From: an uncultured Planctomycetales bacterium
GTDB lineage: Bacteria > Omnitrophota > Gorgyraeia > Zapsychrales > JAHFFX01
Assembly: GCA_964612665.1 (NCBI GenBank)
Contig: CAZTCI010000002.1
Coordinates: forward strand, 147,659 to 211,658
DNA length: 64,000 nt
Reading direction: 5' to 3'
Shown: piece by piece, positions 9,543-19,833 of the stretch
Layout: each line of letters starts with the position of its first letter
Numbering within the stretch: position 1 is the first letter of the stretch
Notes under the pieces: generated by a model
Database searches by the model: none
Seen by the model: the letters and a program-made list of their open reading frames with translations, nothing else
What the model was told of the DNA's origin: nothing
Position numbers and translations under genes: made by a program

Positions 9543-9905
9543 ATGCAGCAAGGAGAAAGAATTTCGAGATTTTATAAAAAGGTATTTATGACTTCGAAAG
9601 ACTATAAAATTGCTAGGGAATTGAAACTCAAATTAAATAAAATTGTTCCGCTTATTGATTTTCGGGTTTTCGGCTCAAGGGCCCGAGGGGATGCTCAAAA
9701 GGATTCTGATATGGATGTATTTATTGAAGTGCCTAGGTTAAATAAAAATTTGAAAAAAAGAATTTTACACGTGACTTGGGAAGTAAGTTTTAAATATCTT
9801 ATTGTTATTTCAAGTTTGATTTTTTCCCAAGAAGAGGTCGAAAAGTCTCCGTTGAGAGCCTCCCAAATAATAAGAAATATTTTCGAAGAAGGAATAAAAG
9901 TGTGA
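9543..9905 (+). CDS. Minimal nucleotidyltransferase (MNT) domain protein
   Basis: VFGSRARGDAQKDSDMDVFIE motif. The start may be the internal ATG at 9588, which has a better RBS. Confidence 0.65.
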   Translation: MQQGERISRFYKKVFMTSKDYKIARELKLKLNKIVPLIDFRVFGSRARGDAQKDSDMDVFIEVPRLNKNLKKRILHVTWEVSFKYLIVISSLIFSQEEVEKSPLRASQIIRNIFEEGIKV

Positions 9906-10294
9906 CGGACTTAGAATCATTATTTCATTTTAGAATACAGCAGGCTGAAGAAACACTTCAAGATGCCCAGAAACTGATTAAATCAGGGGCAACGCCGCGT
10001 TCAATTACTAATCGAGCTTATTATGCTGTCTTTTATGCCATCTTAGCGCTTCTTATTAAGGAAAACATAGCGCTGAAGACCTCAAAGCACTCCGGCGTTA
10101 TTGCTGTTTTTAACAAAGAATTTGTCAAGACGAAGAAATTTGAAAAACACTATTCAGAGATTGTTCATTATTTATTTAGGGCCCGACAAGAAGTTGATTA
10201 TAAAGATTTTGTCAACCCATTATTGGAAGATGCCGAAGAAAATTTAAAACTTGCTAAAGAGTTTGTTCAACAGGTTAAAAAGTTTATTGGATAA
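9902..10294 (+). CDS. HEPN domain protein, partner of the preceding MNT
   Basis: HEPN helix RAYYAVFYAILALL and an R-x4-DY motif; 4-nt overlap with the MNT gene. Confidence 0.6.
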   Translation: MTDLESLFHFRIQQAEETLQDAQKLIKSGATPRSITNRAYYAVFYAILALLIKENIALKTSKHSGVIAVFNKEFVKTKKFEKHYSEIVHYLFRARQEVDYKDFVNPLLEDAEENLKLAKEFVQQVKKFIG

Positions 10295-10298
10295 AAAA

Positions 10299-11123
10299 AT
10301 GTCTGAAAAAATTCCTTTCACCAAAATGGTCGGCGCGGGCAATGATTTTATTGTGATTGAACCGCAGAAGAATTTTGACCTGAAAAAATTTACGACCGAA
10401 GTTTGCAACCGACATAATGGAATCGGCGCCGACGGAGTTTTGGTGGTTGAGCCTTCTAAAAAAGCGGATTATAAAATGCGGATCATTAATTCTGACGGAT
10501 CCGAAGCGGAAATGTGCGGTAACGGTGTGCGGTGTCTGGCTTCTTATATTGTGGCGACCCGAGAGGAAAAGAAAAAACCATTTTCAATTGAGACGTTGGC
10601 TGGTATTATTCTCGCCGAAGCCAAAGATGAAATCGCCAATGTGCGTTTAAGTGATCCTAAAGATTATCAAGCGAACATCAAAATCAATGTGCACGATCGT
10701 CCGCTGACAGTTCACTATATTGATACCGGTGTTCCGCACACGATCGTGTTTGTGGCAGATCTTTCAACAATTGACGTCAATCGCATCGGTCCGCTCATTC
10801 GTTATCACGAACATTTTAAACCGCGCGGCACGAATGTAAATTTTGTTGAAGAGCTTGATCAGGATTTTATTGAATTGCGGACGTATGAGCGCGGGGTTGA
10901 AGCGGAAACGCTCGCTTGCGGCACGGGATCGGTTGCAGCAGGTTTGATCGGATTTAGGCACGCGAATCCAGACATCCGTCGGAAAAAAGGCGCCGCGGTC
11001 AAAGTTAAAACGAAAAGCGGCGAAGTGTTAGACATTACTTTTGATCTAGACGGCCAAAAGATTTCCAATGTATGGCTTAAAGGCAGCGCTAAATTTATAG
11101 CAAGGGGAGAATATTATGTTTAA
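10299..11123 (+). CDS. dapF: Diaminopimelate epimerase
   Basis: GAGNDFIVIE and CGNG active-site motifs. Confidence 0.85.
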   Translation: MSEKIPFTKMVGAGNDFIVIEPQKNFDLKKFTTEVCNRHNGIGADGVLVVEPSKKADYKMRIINSDGSEAEMCGNGVRCLASYIVATREEKKKPFSIETLAGIILAEAKDEIANVRLSDPKDYQANIKINVHDRPLTVHYIDTGVPHTIVFVADLSTIDVNRIGPLIRYHEHFKPRGTNVNFVEELDQDFIELRTYERGVEAETLACGTGSVAAGLIGFRHANPDIRRKKGAAVKVKTKSGEVLDITFDLDGQKISNVWLKGSAKFIARGEYYV

Positions 11124-12003
11124 GGGGTCGATTGTCGCGATCGCAACACCGTTTAAAGATGGACAGGTCGATGAAGCGAATTTAAAGGAGCTCGTTGAAT
11201 TTCAAATTAAAAACGGGACGGCGGGCATTGTTCCGTGCGGAACAACGGGTGAGTCGCCCACGTTATCGACGGCTGAACATGAACGGGTGATTGAGATTTG
11301 CATCAAGGCCGCGCGCAAACGCGTGCCGATTATCGCCGGCACGGGTTCAAACTCGACGGACGAAGCGGTGTCGTTGACCAAACACGCCGCTGATGCGGGT
11401 GCCAACGCGGTTTTGGTTGTCAGTCCTTACTATAATAAACCAACCCAAAAAGGTTTGTATCTTCACTTCAAAGAGATCGCAACCAGCGTCGATATTCCTA
11501 TTATTCTCTACAACATTGCCGGGCGAACCGGCGTTAATATTGAACCCTCAACGATTGCGCAACTCGCCAAAGATTGTTCGAATATCGTCGGCGTTAAAGA
11601 AGCCTCAGGCTCGCTTGAACAAATGGCGATGATTAAGCATTTGTGTCCGGATAATTTTGTTCTTTTATCCGGCGATGACGTGTTGACCTTGCCGGTTTTA
11701 AGTATCGGTGGGATCGGCGTGATTTCGGTTGTGGCGAACATCGTTCCTAACGCCGTGGCGCAATTGATTGAAATATTTAACAAAGGAGACCTTAAAAAAG
11801 CCCAGGCGCTTCACTACAAACTATTGCCGCTGGTTAAAGCGATGTTTATTGAAACCAATCCAATTGCGGTTAAAACTGCAATGGGATTGATGGATCTATG
11901 TTCAGGCGAATTACGTTTACCGCTTTGTCCGATGGCGGATGAAAATCTGTCAAAACTCAAAAAAGCCCTTCGGGATTACGGGCTCATGAAAGGAAAATCA
12001 TGA
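11116..12003 (+). CDS. dapA: 4-hydroxy-tetrahydrodipicolinate synthase
   Basis: GTTGE motif and DapA-family blocks. Confidence 0.9.
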   Translation: MFKGSIVAIATPFKDGQVDEANLKELVEFQIKNGTAGIVPCGTTGESPTLSTAEHERVIEICIKAARKRVPIIAGTGSNSTDEAVSLTKHAADAGANAVLVVSPYYNKPTQKGLYLHFKEIATSVDIPIILYNIAGRTGVNIEPSTIAQLAKDCSNIVGVKEASGSLEQMAMIKHLCPDNFVLLSGDDVLTLPVLSIGGIGVISVVANIVPNAVAQLIEIFNKGDLKKAQALHYKLLPLVKAMFIETNPIAVKTAMGLMDLCSGELRLPLCPMADENLSKLKKALRDYGLMKGKS

Positions 12004-12719
12004 TCAAACTCGCGGTCAGCGGCGCGTTAGGCCGCATGGGGCAGCGTATCACTCACTTAGCATCAGAAGACAAAACTTTTAAAATCACAACTCTCCTCGA
12101 GAACGCCAACCATCCGCGACTTTCCGAAACCTCGCACGAACGGACCATTGCAACCAATCCTTCCTCATTAAAGGGATCACAAGTTTTAATTGAATTCACC
12201 TCACCCCAAGCTACCCTCGAACATCTCGATGCCTGTTTAAAATATAAAGTCAAAATGGTCATCGGCACAACGGGTTTTTCCGATACCGAAATCCGCCAAA
12301 TCAAAAAAGCTTCTCAGAAGATTCCCATCGTCTTTTCCTCTAATATGTCAGTTGGCGTCAATCTTGTCTTTAAACTGCTTAAAGAAGCCGCTTCGACCTT
12401 GGGTTCTGATTACAAAATTAAAATTGTCGAAGGGCATCACATCCACAAAAAAGACGCGCCGTCCGGCACCGCCAAAACCATGGCGCAGGTGATTGAAGAT
12501 AATTCCAAACATAAAGTCAGCGACATCAAATCCATCCGCGAAGGCGAAATCATCGGCGATCACGATGTCGTTTTTGAAAGTGATGTGGATGTCATCAAAA
12601 TCTTTCATCACGCCAAGACCCGCGATATTTTTGCAAAAGGATCTATCGTTGCTGCGAAGTTTGTTGCTAAGAAAACGAAGGGACTATTCAATATGCAGGA
12701 TGTGCTTGGACTGAAATAG
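12000..12719 (+). CDS. dapB: 4-hydroxy-tetrahydrodipicolinate reductase
   Basis: N-terminal Rossmann fold (AVSGALGRMG) and EGHHxHKKDAPSGTA motif. Confidence 0.85.
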   Translation: MIKLAVSGALGRMGQRITHLASEDKTFKITTLLENANHPRLSETSHERTIATNPSSLKGSQVLIEFTSPQATLEHLDACLKYKVKMVIGTTGFSDTEIRQIKKASQKIPIVFSSNMSVGVNLVFKLLKEAASTLGSDYKIKIVEGHHIHKKDAPSGTAKTMAQVIEDNSKHKVSDIKSIREGEIIGDHDVVFESDVDVIKIFHHAKTRDIFAKGSIVAAKFVAKKTKGLFNMQDVLGLK

Positions 12720-12748
12720 GTGTTAGGTGTCAGGTTTTAGGTGTTAAG
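12717..12748 (+). repeat. TAGGTGT heptamer repeat element (family 1), overlapping the dapB stop
   Basis: taggtgttaggtgtcaggttttaggtgttaag. Near-identical to an inverted copy at 61199-61236. Confidence 0.55.
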
Positions 12749-12771
12749 ATAAAAATAAAAAAAAGATTGGC

Positions 12772-12915
12772 ATGATTTCTCCTAAAAAGCAAATGACAAA
12801 AATTATAAAAGAACAGCCGGATAATAGCTCCTATGAAGAAATTTTAAAAGAATTAGCTTTCGCTCGAATGGTTGAACGCGGGTTGGATGATTCGAGAAAA
12901 AAAGACAGTAAGTAA
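12772..12915 (+). CDS. Small hypothetical ORF (47 aa), antitoxin-like charged helical peptide
   Basis: ATG-to-stop ORF below the track cutoff, MISPKKQMTKIIKEQPDNSSYEEILKELAFARMVERGLDDSRKKDSK. Function unknown. Confidence 0.25.
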   Translation: MISPKKQMTKIIKEQPDNSSYEEILKELAFARMVERGLDDSRKKDSK

Positions 12916-13003
12916 TAAGAAAATGCAGCAAAGGATTCGTGCGTGGCAGAAGTAAGATGGACAAGAGAAGCGCAAGGTTATTTATAAGAAGAAGAGGAGT
13001 GAT

Positions 13004-14170
13004 ATGTCAATAAATATTGAATTTTCCGAACGTCTCAAACAACTTCCCCCGTATCTCTTCGTCGAAATCGACAAAGCCAAGCGCAAAGCGCGCGAGGAGG
13101 GGCGGGACATTATTGATTTGGGGATTGGGGATCCGGACACTTCGACGCCGGCGCATATTATTGAAGCACTGTACATGGCTGCGAAAGATCCCGCGAACCA
13201 TCGTTACGCGCTCGATGCTGGACTTCCGGCGCTGCGTAAAGCGATTTCTGAATGGTTCCAAAAACGTTTTAATGTCGCTATGGATCCTGACTCAGAAGTT
13301 TATCCGTGCATCGGTTCCAAAGAAGGTCTCGCGCATTTGCCGTTGGGTGTCGTTAACCCCAAAGACAAAGTTGTGATTCCTGAACCATGTTATCCGGGTT
13401 ACCGGGCGTTTACATTATTTGCCGGCGGCAAAGCGGTTTTTGTTCCGCTTAAAAGTAAAAATGATTTTCTTCCTGACTTGGATAAATTAGAGAACATGAA
13501 AGATGTTAAATTCATGTTCATCAATTATCCGCATAACCCGACGGCGGCGACAGCGTCGCGCGAATTTTATACGCGGCTCGTTCAAATCGCCCGCGATAAA
13601 GGAATTATCCTCGCGTCAGATCTGGCTTACTCCGAAGTTTATTTCGATGGGCAGAAACCTTTAAGCATTTTTGAAATCGACGGTGCCAAAGAAGTCGCCA
13701 TCGAATTTCATTCCTTTTCTAAGACCTATAACATGACCGGCTGGCGTTTGGCCTGGGCCTGCGGTAACAGCAAACTTATCGCCGCGCTCGGGAAGGTTAA
13801 GTCAAATGTTGATTCTGGAATTTTTCAAGCGATCCAGGTCGCGGGCATTGCCGCGCTTAAAACCTCTGACCAGCAATTGGATCAAATGCGCGCGATGTAT
13901 CAAGAACGTCGAGACTACCTTATTAATGGACTGCGTTCGCTTGGCTGGAAAATCACACCGCCCAAGGCGACATTTTACGTTTGGGCGAAAATCCCGAAAA
14001 AATTTAAAGACTCGATGGAAACCGCCAAAACTTTTTTGGATCAAGCAAACATCGTCGCTACACCGGGCGTAGGCTTTGGTGAATCAGGTGAAGGTTTTAT
14101 TCGAATGACGATTACAGCGCCCAAAGAACGCATTAACCAGGCGGTCGACCGATTACGAAAGGTTTTGTAA
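13004..14170 (+). CDS. dapL: LL-diaminopimelate aminotransferase (DapL-type class I aminotransferase)
   Basis: N-terminus RLKQLPPYLFVEIDKAK...LGIGDPD is typical of DapL; sits in the DAP cluster. Confidence 0.7.
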   Translation: MSINIEFSERLKQLPPYLFVEIDKAKRKAREEGRDIIDLGIGDPDTSTPAHIIEALYMAAKDPANHRYALDAGLPALRKAISEWFQKRFNVAMDPDSEVYPCIGSKEGLAHLPLGVVNPKDKVVIPEPCYPGYRAFTLFAGGKAVFVPLKSKNDFLPDLDKLENMKDVKFMFINYPHNPTAATASREFYTRLVQIARDKGIILASDLAYSEVYFDGQKPLSIFEIDGAKEVAIEFHSFSKTYNMTGWRLAWACGNSKLIAALGKVKSNVDSGIFQAIQVAGIAALKTSDQQLDQMRAMYQERRDYLINGLRSLGWKITPPKATFYVWAKIPKKFKDSMETAKTFLDQANIVATPGVGFGESGEGFIRMTITAPKERINQAVDRLRKVL

Positions 14171-14590
14171 TTGGCTGTTGTGTATTTAGGGTTTGGGTCA
14201 AACCTCGGAAACAGGGAGGACAATATCAAACAGGCATGCCAGCTCCTTCGGGAAAATGGTCTTGTGATTGAAAAATTCTCCAGCATGATTGAAACCGACC
14301 CAGTAGGCGGCCCGCCGCAAGGCAAATTTATTAACGCTGTCTGCAAGGCAACCACTCAATTATCACCGCATCAACTCTTGACACTTATTCATTCCATTGA
14401 AAGAAAGTTAGGCCGTGTCCGCGAAGTTATCAACGGTCCTCGTCTCATTGACATCGACATCCTGCTTTATGATCAACTTAAAATAAATGAACCAGACTTT
14501 AAGATCCCACATCCACGGATGCGTGAACGTGATTTTGTCATGAAACCGTTATATGAAATTGATCCAAATTTATTTAATGAATCTAATTAG
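14171..14590 (+). CDS. folK: 2-amino-4-hydroxy-6-hydroxymethyldihydropteridine pyrophosphokinase (HPPK)
   Basis: VYLGFGSNLGNRE N-terminus and ...RWGPRxIDxDIL-like region. Probable TTG start. Confidence 0.75.
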   Translation: MAVVYLGFGSNLGNREDNIKQACQLLRENGLVIEKFSSMIETDPVGGPPQGKFINAVCKATTQLSPHQLLTLIHSIERKLGRVREVINGPRLIDIDILLYDQLKINEPDFKIPHPRMRERDFVMKPLYEIDPNLFNESN

Positions 14591-15436
14591 ATGAAGGTTA
14601 TTCAAAATCCACAAGCCATGCAGCGATTAAGCCAGCGATGGCATCTAGAAGGAAAGACAATCGGTTTTGTGCCGACGATGGGTTATTTGCACGACGGGCA
14701 TGCGGCGCTTTTGCGGCGCGCTCGGCAAGAAAATCAAATAATTGTTTTGAGTATTTTTGTGAATCCGAAACAATTCGGCCCCAGTGAAGATTTTGCAAAT
14801 TACCCTCGAGATTTCAAAAAAGATGAAATGTTGGCAAAAAAAGAAAATGTTGATATAATCTTTCATCCGTCGGTCGACCAGATGTATCCCGAAGGGAATT
14901 TGAGTGAAGTCGAGGTTGTCAGAATTTCAAATGTGTTATGCGGCCGCAGCCGGCCTGGGCATTTCAAAGGTGTCGCAACCGTTGTGGCTAAATTGATCAA
15001 TATCGTTTTACCAAACCGGCTTTATCTTGGACAAAAGGATGCTCAACAAATCGTGGTCCTCAATCAGATGATTAAAGATTTAAATTTCCCTGTCAAAGTT
15101 TCCGTAGTCCCGACGGTCCGTGAAAAAGACGGTCTGGCCTTAAGCTCCCGTAATAAATATTTGACTCCGCAGCAAAGACACGAAGCGCCAGTTTTATTCC
15201 AATCCTTACAACTTGCCAAAACTAAGATTTTATCCGGCGAAAAAAACAGCCAAACAATTGTGGCTTTGATTCAAAAAATGGTTTCGTTTCATTCTTCGGG
15301 ACGCATTGATTATATTGCGTGTGTTGAAGCCCGGACACTTTTGCCTTTAAAGAAAATTTCAGGACGCGTATTGATTGCCTTGGCCGTGTGGTTTGGCCGG
15401 GCGAGATTAATTGATAATATTATTCTCAACGTTTGA
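14591..15436 (+). CDS. panC: Pantoate--beta-alanine ligase
   Basis: PTMGYLHDGH HIGH-type motif. Confidence 0.85.
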   Translation: MKVIQNPQAMQRLSQRWHLEGKTIGFVPTMGYLHDGHAALLRRARQENQIIVLSIFVNPKQFGPSEDFANYPRDFKKDEMLAKKENVDIIFHPSVDQMYPEGNLSEVEVVRISNVLCGRSRPGHFKGVATVVAKLINIVLPNRLYLGQKDAQQIVVLNQMIKDLNFPVKVSVVPTVREKDGLALSSRNKYLTPQQRHEAPVLFQSLQLAKTKILSGEKNSQTIVALIQKMVSFHSSGRIDYIACVEARTLLPLKKISGRVLIALAVWFGRARLIDNIILNV

Positions 15437-16332
15437 TGAAGACACCGAAGCCGAAAAAGACCGTCGGCGCACGGCGGATTAAAAAACCCGTTTTACCGAC
15501 ACTGTTGACAGAATCGTCTGAAAAAGTTAAGGTGGGGATCGTCGGGTGCGGGGCCATCGGGTCACGGATTGCCAAGAGTCTTCAAAAGGAATTAAAAGAT
15601 AATTGTGTCCTTGCCGGTTTATTTGATATTGATTTTGAGAAAGCCAAAGGTCTGGCGCAAACGCTTGGTGATTCGAATATTTTTAAAAAGTCTTTAGACG
15701 AACTTTTTACGGGCTGTGATTTTGTGGTTGAAGCGGTTGCCGCCGCTGAAACACAGGCTATTATCCGACGGGCATTGGAAGCTCAAAAAAATATTTTAGC
15801 CATGAGCGTTGGTAAATTGCTTAACGCTGATCATCTGTTTCGTCTGGCTCAAAAAAATAAATGTCATATTCTCATCCCCTCCGGGGCGATTGCTGGTATC
15901 GATGCGATTAAAGCAGCTAGTTTGGTTAATATTCAAAGTGTTTGTTTGACAACGCGCAAACCACCTATTGGTTTGGCAATGAGTTCTCTGGAAAGTCAGC
16001 AGGCTGTTGCTTTAGACAAGATCCGCGGCGAAACAGTTGTTTATGAAGGCGACGTTGATAACGCGGTCAAATTATTTCCCAAAAACATCAATGTTGCAGC
16101 AACAATAGCTTTGGCCTGCGGCGTTAAAGATAAGATGACGGTGCGCATCATTACCTCGCCGGAATTTAAAACGAATTCTCATGAAATAGAAGTTGTCGGC
16201 GATTTTGGACGGATGGTGACGCGCACGGATAATCAAGTATGTCCGGATAATCCTAAAACAAGCTATCTGGCTGTTTTATCGGCGATCGAAACACTGCGTG
16301 GGTATTTTCAGGAGGTCAGGGTCGGTACATAA
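15433..16332 (+). CDS. nadX: L-aspartate dehydrogenase (NadX-like), with a basic N-terminal extension
   Basis: VGIVGCGAIG Rossmann fold and FPKNINVAATIALA block typical of aspartate dehydrogenase. Confidence 0.65.
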   Translation: MMKTPKPKKTVGARRIKKPVLPTLLTESSEKVKVGIVGCGAIGSRIAKSLQKELKDNCVLAGLFDIDFEKAKGLAQTLGDSNIFKKSLDELFTGCDFVVEAVAAAETQAIIRRALEAQKNILAMSVGKLLNADHLFRLAQKNKCHILIPSGAIAGIDAIKAASLVNIQSVCLTTRKPPIGLAMSSLESQQAVALDKIRGETVVYEGDVDNAVKLFPKNINVAATIALACGVKDKMTVRIITSPEFKTNSHEIEVVGDFGRMVTRTDNQVCPDNPKTSYLAVLSAIETLRGYFQEVRVGT

Positions 16333-16344
16333 GTTTTTAAATAT

Positions 16345-16423
16345 GATTACACCGATTTTGAAGAGATTACACAGATACGAGGCTTCTAAATATCTGTGAA
16401 ATCAAAATTTAATCTGTGTCATC
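16345..16423 (+). promoter_or_regulatory. Four phased copies of GAT-N-ACAC-N-GAT (two direct, two inverted, 20 bp apart) upstream of 16471
   Basis: gattacaccgat (16345), gattacacagat (16365), atctgtgaaatc (16392), atctgtgtcatc (16412). Confidence 0.35.
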
Positions 16424-16470
16424 AAATTTAAAAACAAATTTTAACAACAAACGGAGGGAGGTGATAAGGT

Positions 16471-16722
16471 ATGGCAGCTAAAAAAGTCGCGAAGGTTGGA
16501 ATCAAAAAGGAAAAAGGTTACCTTTATTTTGTCGACAAACAAGGTGACATTTCTTGCGCGGTTATGGCTCGCGGTAATAAAAAAGGCGGGAAACCAAAGA
16601 AAGTCGCTAAGGTCGGTGTTAAAAAGGAATCAGGTTTCCTGTACTTCATCGACAAACAGGGTGATATCTCCTGTGCGCAGATGGTCCGTGGGGGGAAAAA
16701 GAAATCTAAGAAACGCAGATAA
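16471..16722 (+). CDS. Small basic protein (83 aa) made of two ~40-aa repeats
   Basis: KKVAKVGIKKEKGYLYFVDKQGDISCAVMARG then KKVAKVGVKKESGFLYFIDKQGDISCAQMVRG. Strong RBS ggagggagg, and a strong terminator downstream. Confidence 0.55.
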   Translation: MAAKKVAKVGIKKEKGYLYFVDKQGDISCAVMARGNKKGGKPKKVAKVGVKKESGFLYFIDKQGDISCAQMVRGGKKKSKKRR

Positions 16723-16745
16723 CCCACGCATTGGGAAAAATAAAG

Positions 16746-16780
16746 GCCCCCGGCATCAAAAACGGTCCGGGGGCTTTTAT
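16746..16780 (+). terminator. Rho-independent terminator
   Basis: gcccccgg ... ccgggggc stem followed by a T-run. Confidence 0.8.
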
Positions 16781-16953
16781 TTCTTATTTAATGACCAATC
16801 ACCAAACTCCAAATTGTAAATAAATTTCAAATCCAAATTTTTCAAAATATCAAACGGCAAGTTTGAAACATTGGAATTTTAAATTTGGTTCTTATTTGAA
16901 ATTTGGTGCTTGATGCTTGGATTTTAGACGTTGTTTTTCTAAAAGTTAAGTAT

Positions 16954-19770
16954 ATGAGCAACAACTCAATCCGCATCCGCGGAGCTAAAGAACATAATTT
17001 AAAAAATATTGATTTAACCATCCCGCGCAACCAGTTCGTCGTGGTCACGGGGTTAAGCGGTTCGGGCAAATCATCGCTCGCTTTTGATACCATTTACGCC
17101 GAAGGCCAGCGCCGCTATGTCGAAAGCCTTTCGGCGTACGCGCGTCAATTTCTTGAACAATTGCAAAAACCCGACGTTGAATTAATTGAAGGTCTTTCAC
17201 CCACGATTTCCATCGAACAAAAAACAACCAGCCGCAATCCGCGTTCAACCGTTGCCACGCAAACCGAAATCTACGATTATCTTCGTCTGTTATTTGCCCG
17301 TATTGGTACTCCGTACTGTTATAACTGCGGCAAAAAAATCGAACGCCAGTCCACCCAAGAAATCACCGAGCAAATTTTGTCTATGGAAGAAGGTTTGTCG
17401 ATCAATGTTTTGTCGCCTTTAATCGCCGGGCGCAAAGGCGAATACCTTAACATCCAACAGAAAGTGGCACAAGCCGGGTTCGCCCGCCTACGCGTCGATG
17501 GAAAAATTTACGATACGAATGATTCAATTAAATTAGATAAATTCAAAATTCATCATATCGAAGTTCTCGTTGATCGATTGACGCTTAAAGCCGGCGTCAA
17601 AAAACGTTTAGCGGATTCGATTGAAACCGCTTTGCAAACTGGCAACGGCATTGTGATTATTGATTTTAATGGAAAACTGCCGGATAAAGTTTTCAGTGAA
17701 AAATATGCGTGCCCGGATTGCGGGATTAATCTTTTGGAATTAGAGCCGCGCATTTTTTCCTTTAACTCGCCGTACGGCGCTTGCCCAAGCTGTAATGGTC
17801 TGGGAACGAAAATGGAAATCGACCCGCACTTGATGGTCCCGGATCCGTTGAAGCCTTGGATTCAAGCGGTTGCGCCGTGGAACCGCGGCGGCCGCGGATT
17901 TCTTATGTATCACCGCGCGGTTTTACGCGAACTGGCGCAGATGTATGACGTTGATCCGCAAACGCCGTTTAAAGATTTAAGCGCTAAGTTTAAGAAAATT
18001 GTTTTGAACGGTTCGGATGACACGATTTGGGGACGGACTTTTGAAGGCAGCGTTGGATATCTTGAACGGCTTTTTAATGAAACGGACAATGATTGGCTTA
18101 AAGATGAGATTTCAAAATTTATGTCGGTTCTACCGTGCCCGGAATGCCAAGGCAGCCGGCTTAAAAAAGAATCGCTCTCAGTTAAAATCAACAATCAGAA
18201 TATCGCTCAGGTCACCGCGCTGTCTATTAAAGAAGCAAAGAAATTTTTTTCCGGGCTGGAACTTTCCAAAGACAAGAAAATTATAAGCGAACAGATTTTA
18301 AAGGAAATTTCGCGGCGGCTGGATTTTTGTATTAATGTCGGGCTTGAATATTTGACGCTCGACAGGAAAAGCGCCACGTTGTCCGGCGGAGAAGCGGAAC
18401 GCATTCGCCTGGCGACGCAAGTTGGTTCCGGTTTGGTTGGGGTTATATATATTTTGGATGAACCGAGTATTGGGCTTCACCAAAAAGATAACGACCGGTT
18501 GCTTGCAACACTGCATTCTCTTCGGAATTTAGGCAATACCTTAATTGTGGTTGAACACGATGAAGACACAATCCGTGCGGCCGATTATGTAATTGATTTA
18601 GGACCGGGTGCGGGAGAGTATGGCGGTGAAGTGATTTATGCCGGCGATGTCCCGGGATTGTTAAAATCTGAAAATTCTTTGACTGGCCGATATCTTCGTG
18701 GCGAAATGAGAATTTTTATGCCGGAGAAACGCCGGGAAAGTTTCAAAACGCCGCAGTTAAAAATTTTAGGCGCTAGTGAACACAATCTTAAGAATATTGA
18801 CGTTACTATTCCCCTTGGAACTTTTGTGTGCGTGACTGGCGTTTCGGGTTCAGGGAAATCCACTCTGGTCGATGATATTCTTTATAAAGCCTTGTCGCAA
18901 AAATTATATGGATCAAAAGACAAGCCAGGTGCGTTTCGCAAAATCGAAGGTGTTGAACACATTGACAAAGTTATCGTCGTTGATCAATCACCGATCGGTC
19001 GTACGCCGCGTTCGAATCCGGCGACGTACACGGGCGTTTTTAGTTTGATCCGCGATGTGTTTTGCCAACTGCCGGAATCCAAAGTCCGCGGCTACAAACC
19101 CGGGCGTTTCAGTTTTAATGTGAAAGGCGGCCGATGCGAGGCCTGCGGCGGCGACGGGATTAAAAAAATTGAAATGCATTTCCTGCCGGATGTGTATGTG
19201 GAATGCGAAGTCTGCCACGGCAAAAGGTTTAACGAACAGACACTCGATGTTGAGTTCAAAGGAAAAAATATTTCTCAAGTTTTGAATCTTTCAATTTTGG
19301 AAGCGTTCGAACTTTTTGAGAATTTTCCGAGGATTAAGAATATTTTGCAGACGGTTAACGACGTGGGGTTAGGTTATATCAAACTGGGACAATCAGCGAC
19401 AACCTTATCCGGCGGAGAAGCCCAGCGCGTTAAATTAGCGAGCGAACTTTCCAAAGTAGCGACCGGCAAAACATTTTATATCTTAGATGAACCGACAACC
19501 GGTCTGCACTTCGCGGACGTTGATAAATTGCTTGGCGTCCTGCAGCGGTTAGTTGACATGGGTAATACGGTTCTCGTCATTGAACACAATCTGGAAGTCA
19601 TCAAAAACGCCGATTACATCATCGACCTTGGCCCCGATGGAGGAGACAAGGGAGGACAAATTGTGTTTCAAGGAACGCCTGAGGCCATTATTAAAGATAA
19701 AATTTCGCATACCGGCCGGTATTTAAAAAGTTTTTTGGAACGGCAGCAGTTGCCGGCGGCTGTTGTTTAA
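16954..19770 (+). CDS. uvrA: Excinuclease ABC subunit A
   Basis: Two ABC ATPase modules ([18 protein letters not shown]), zinc fingers, and LSGGEAQR signatures. Confidence 0.95.
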   Translation: MSNNSIRIRGAKEHNLKNIDLTIPRNQFVVVTGLSGSGKSSLAFDTIYAEGQRRYVESLSAYARQFLEQLQKPDVELIEGLSPTISIEQKTTSRNPRSTVATQTEIYDYLRLLFARIGTPYCYNCGKKIERQSTQEITEQILSMEEGLSINVLSPLIAGRKGEYLNIQQKVAQAGFARLRVDGKIYDTNDSIKLDKFKIHHIEVLVDRLTLKAGVKKRLADSIETALQTGNGIVIIDFNGKLPDKVFSEKYACPDCGINLLELEPRIFSFNSPYGACPSCNGLGTKMEIDPHLMVPDPLKPWIQAVAPWNRGGRGFLMYHRAVLRELAQMYDVDPQTPFKDLSAKFKKIVLNGSDDTIWGRTFEGSVGYLERLFNETDNDWLKDEISKFMSVLPCPECQGSRLKKESLSVKINNQNIAQVTALSIKEAKKFFSGLELSKDKKIISEQILKEISRRLDFCINVGLEYLTLDRKSATLSGGEAERIRLATQVGSGLVGVIYILDEPSIGLHQKDNDRLLATLHSLRNLGNTLIVVEHDEDTIRAADYVIDLGPGAGEYGGEVIYAGDVPGLLKSENSLTGRYLRGEMRIFMPEKRRESFKTPQLKILGASEHNLKNIDVTIPLGTFVCVTGVSGSGKSTLVDDILYKALSQKLYGSKDKPGAFRKIEGVEHIDKVIVVDQSPIGRTPRSNPATYTGVFSLIRDVFCQLPESKVRGYKPGRFSFNVKGGRCEACGGDGIKKIEMHFLPDVYVECEVCHGKRFNEQTLDVEFKGKNISQVLNLSILEAFELFENFPRIKNILQTVNDVGLGYIKLGQSATTLSGGEAQRVKLASELSKVATGKTFYILDEPTTGLHFADVDKLLGVLQRLVDMGNTVLVIEHNLEVIKNADYIIDLGPDGGDKGGQIVFQGTPEAIIKDKISHTGRYLKSFLERQQLPAAVV

Positions 19771-19833
19771 ATTGTGTTCGCGCCGATTTAACCCTTCATT
19801 GCAAACCCAAGGGAAACTGTTATAATAACCGTC

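Noticed and set aside
12717-12748. Possible CRISPR array suggested by tandem TAGGTGT units, also at 61157-61236
   Set aside because: The units are 7 nt long with no spacers, and there are only 4-5 copies. No cas genes are present. These are microsatellite or REP-like repeats, not CRISPR.
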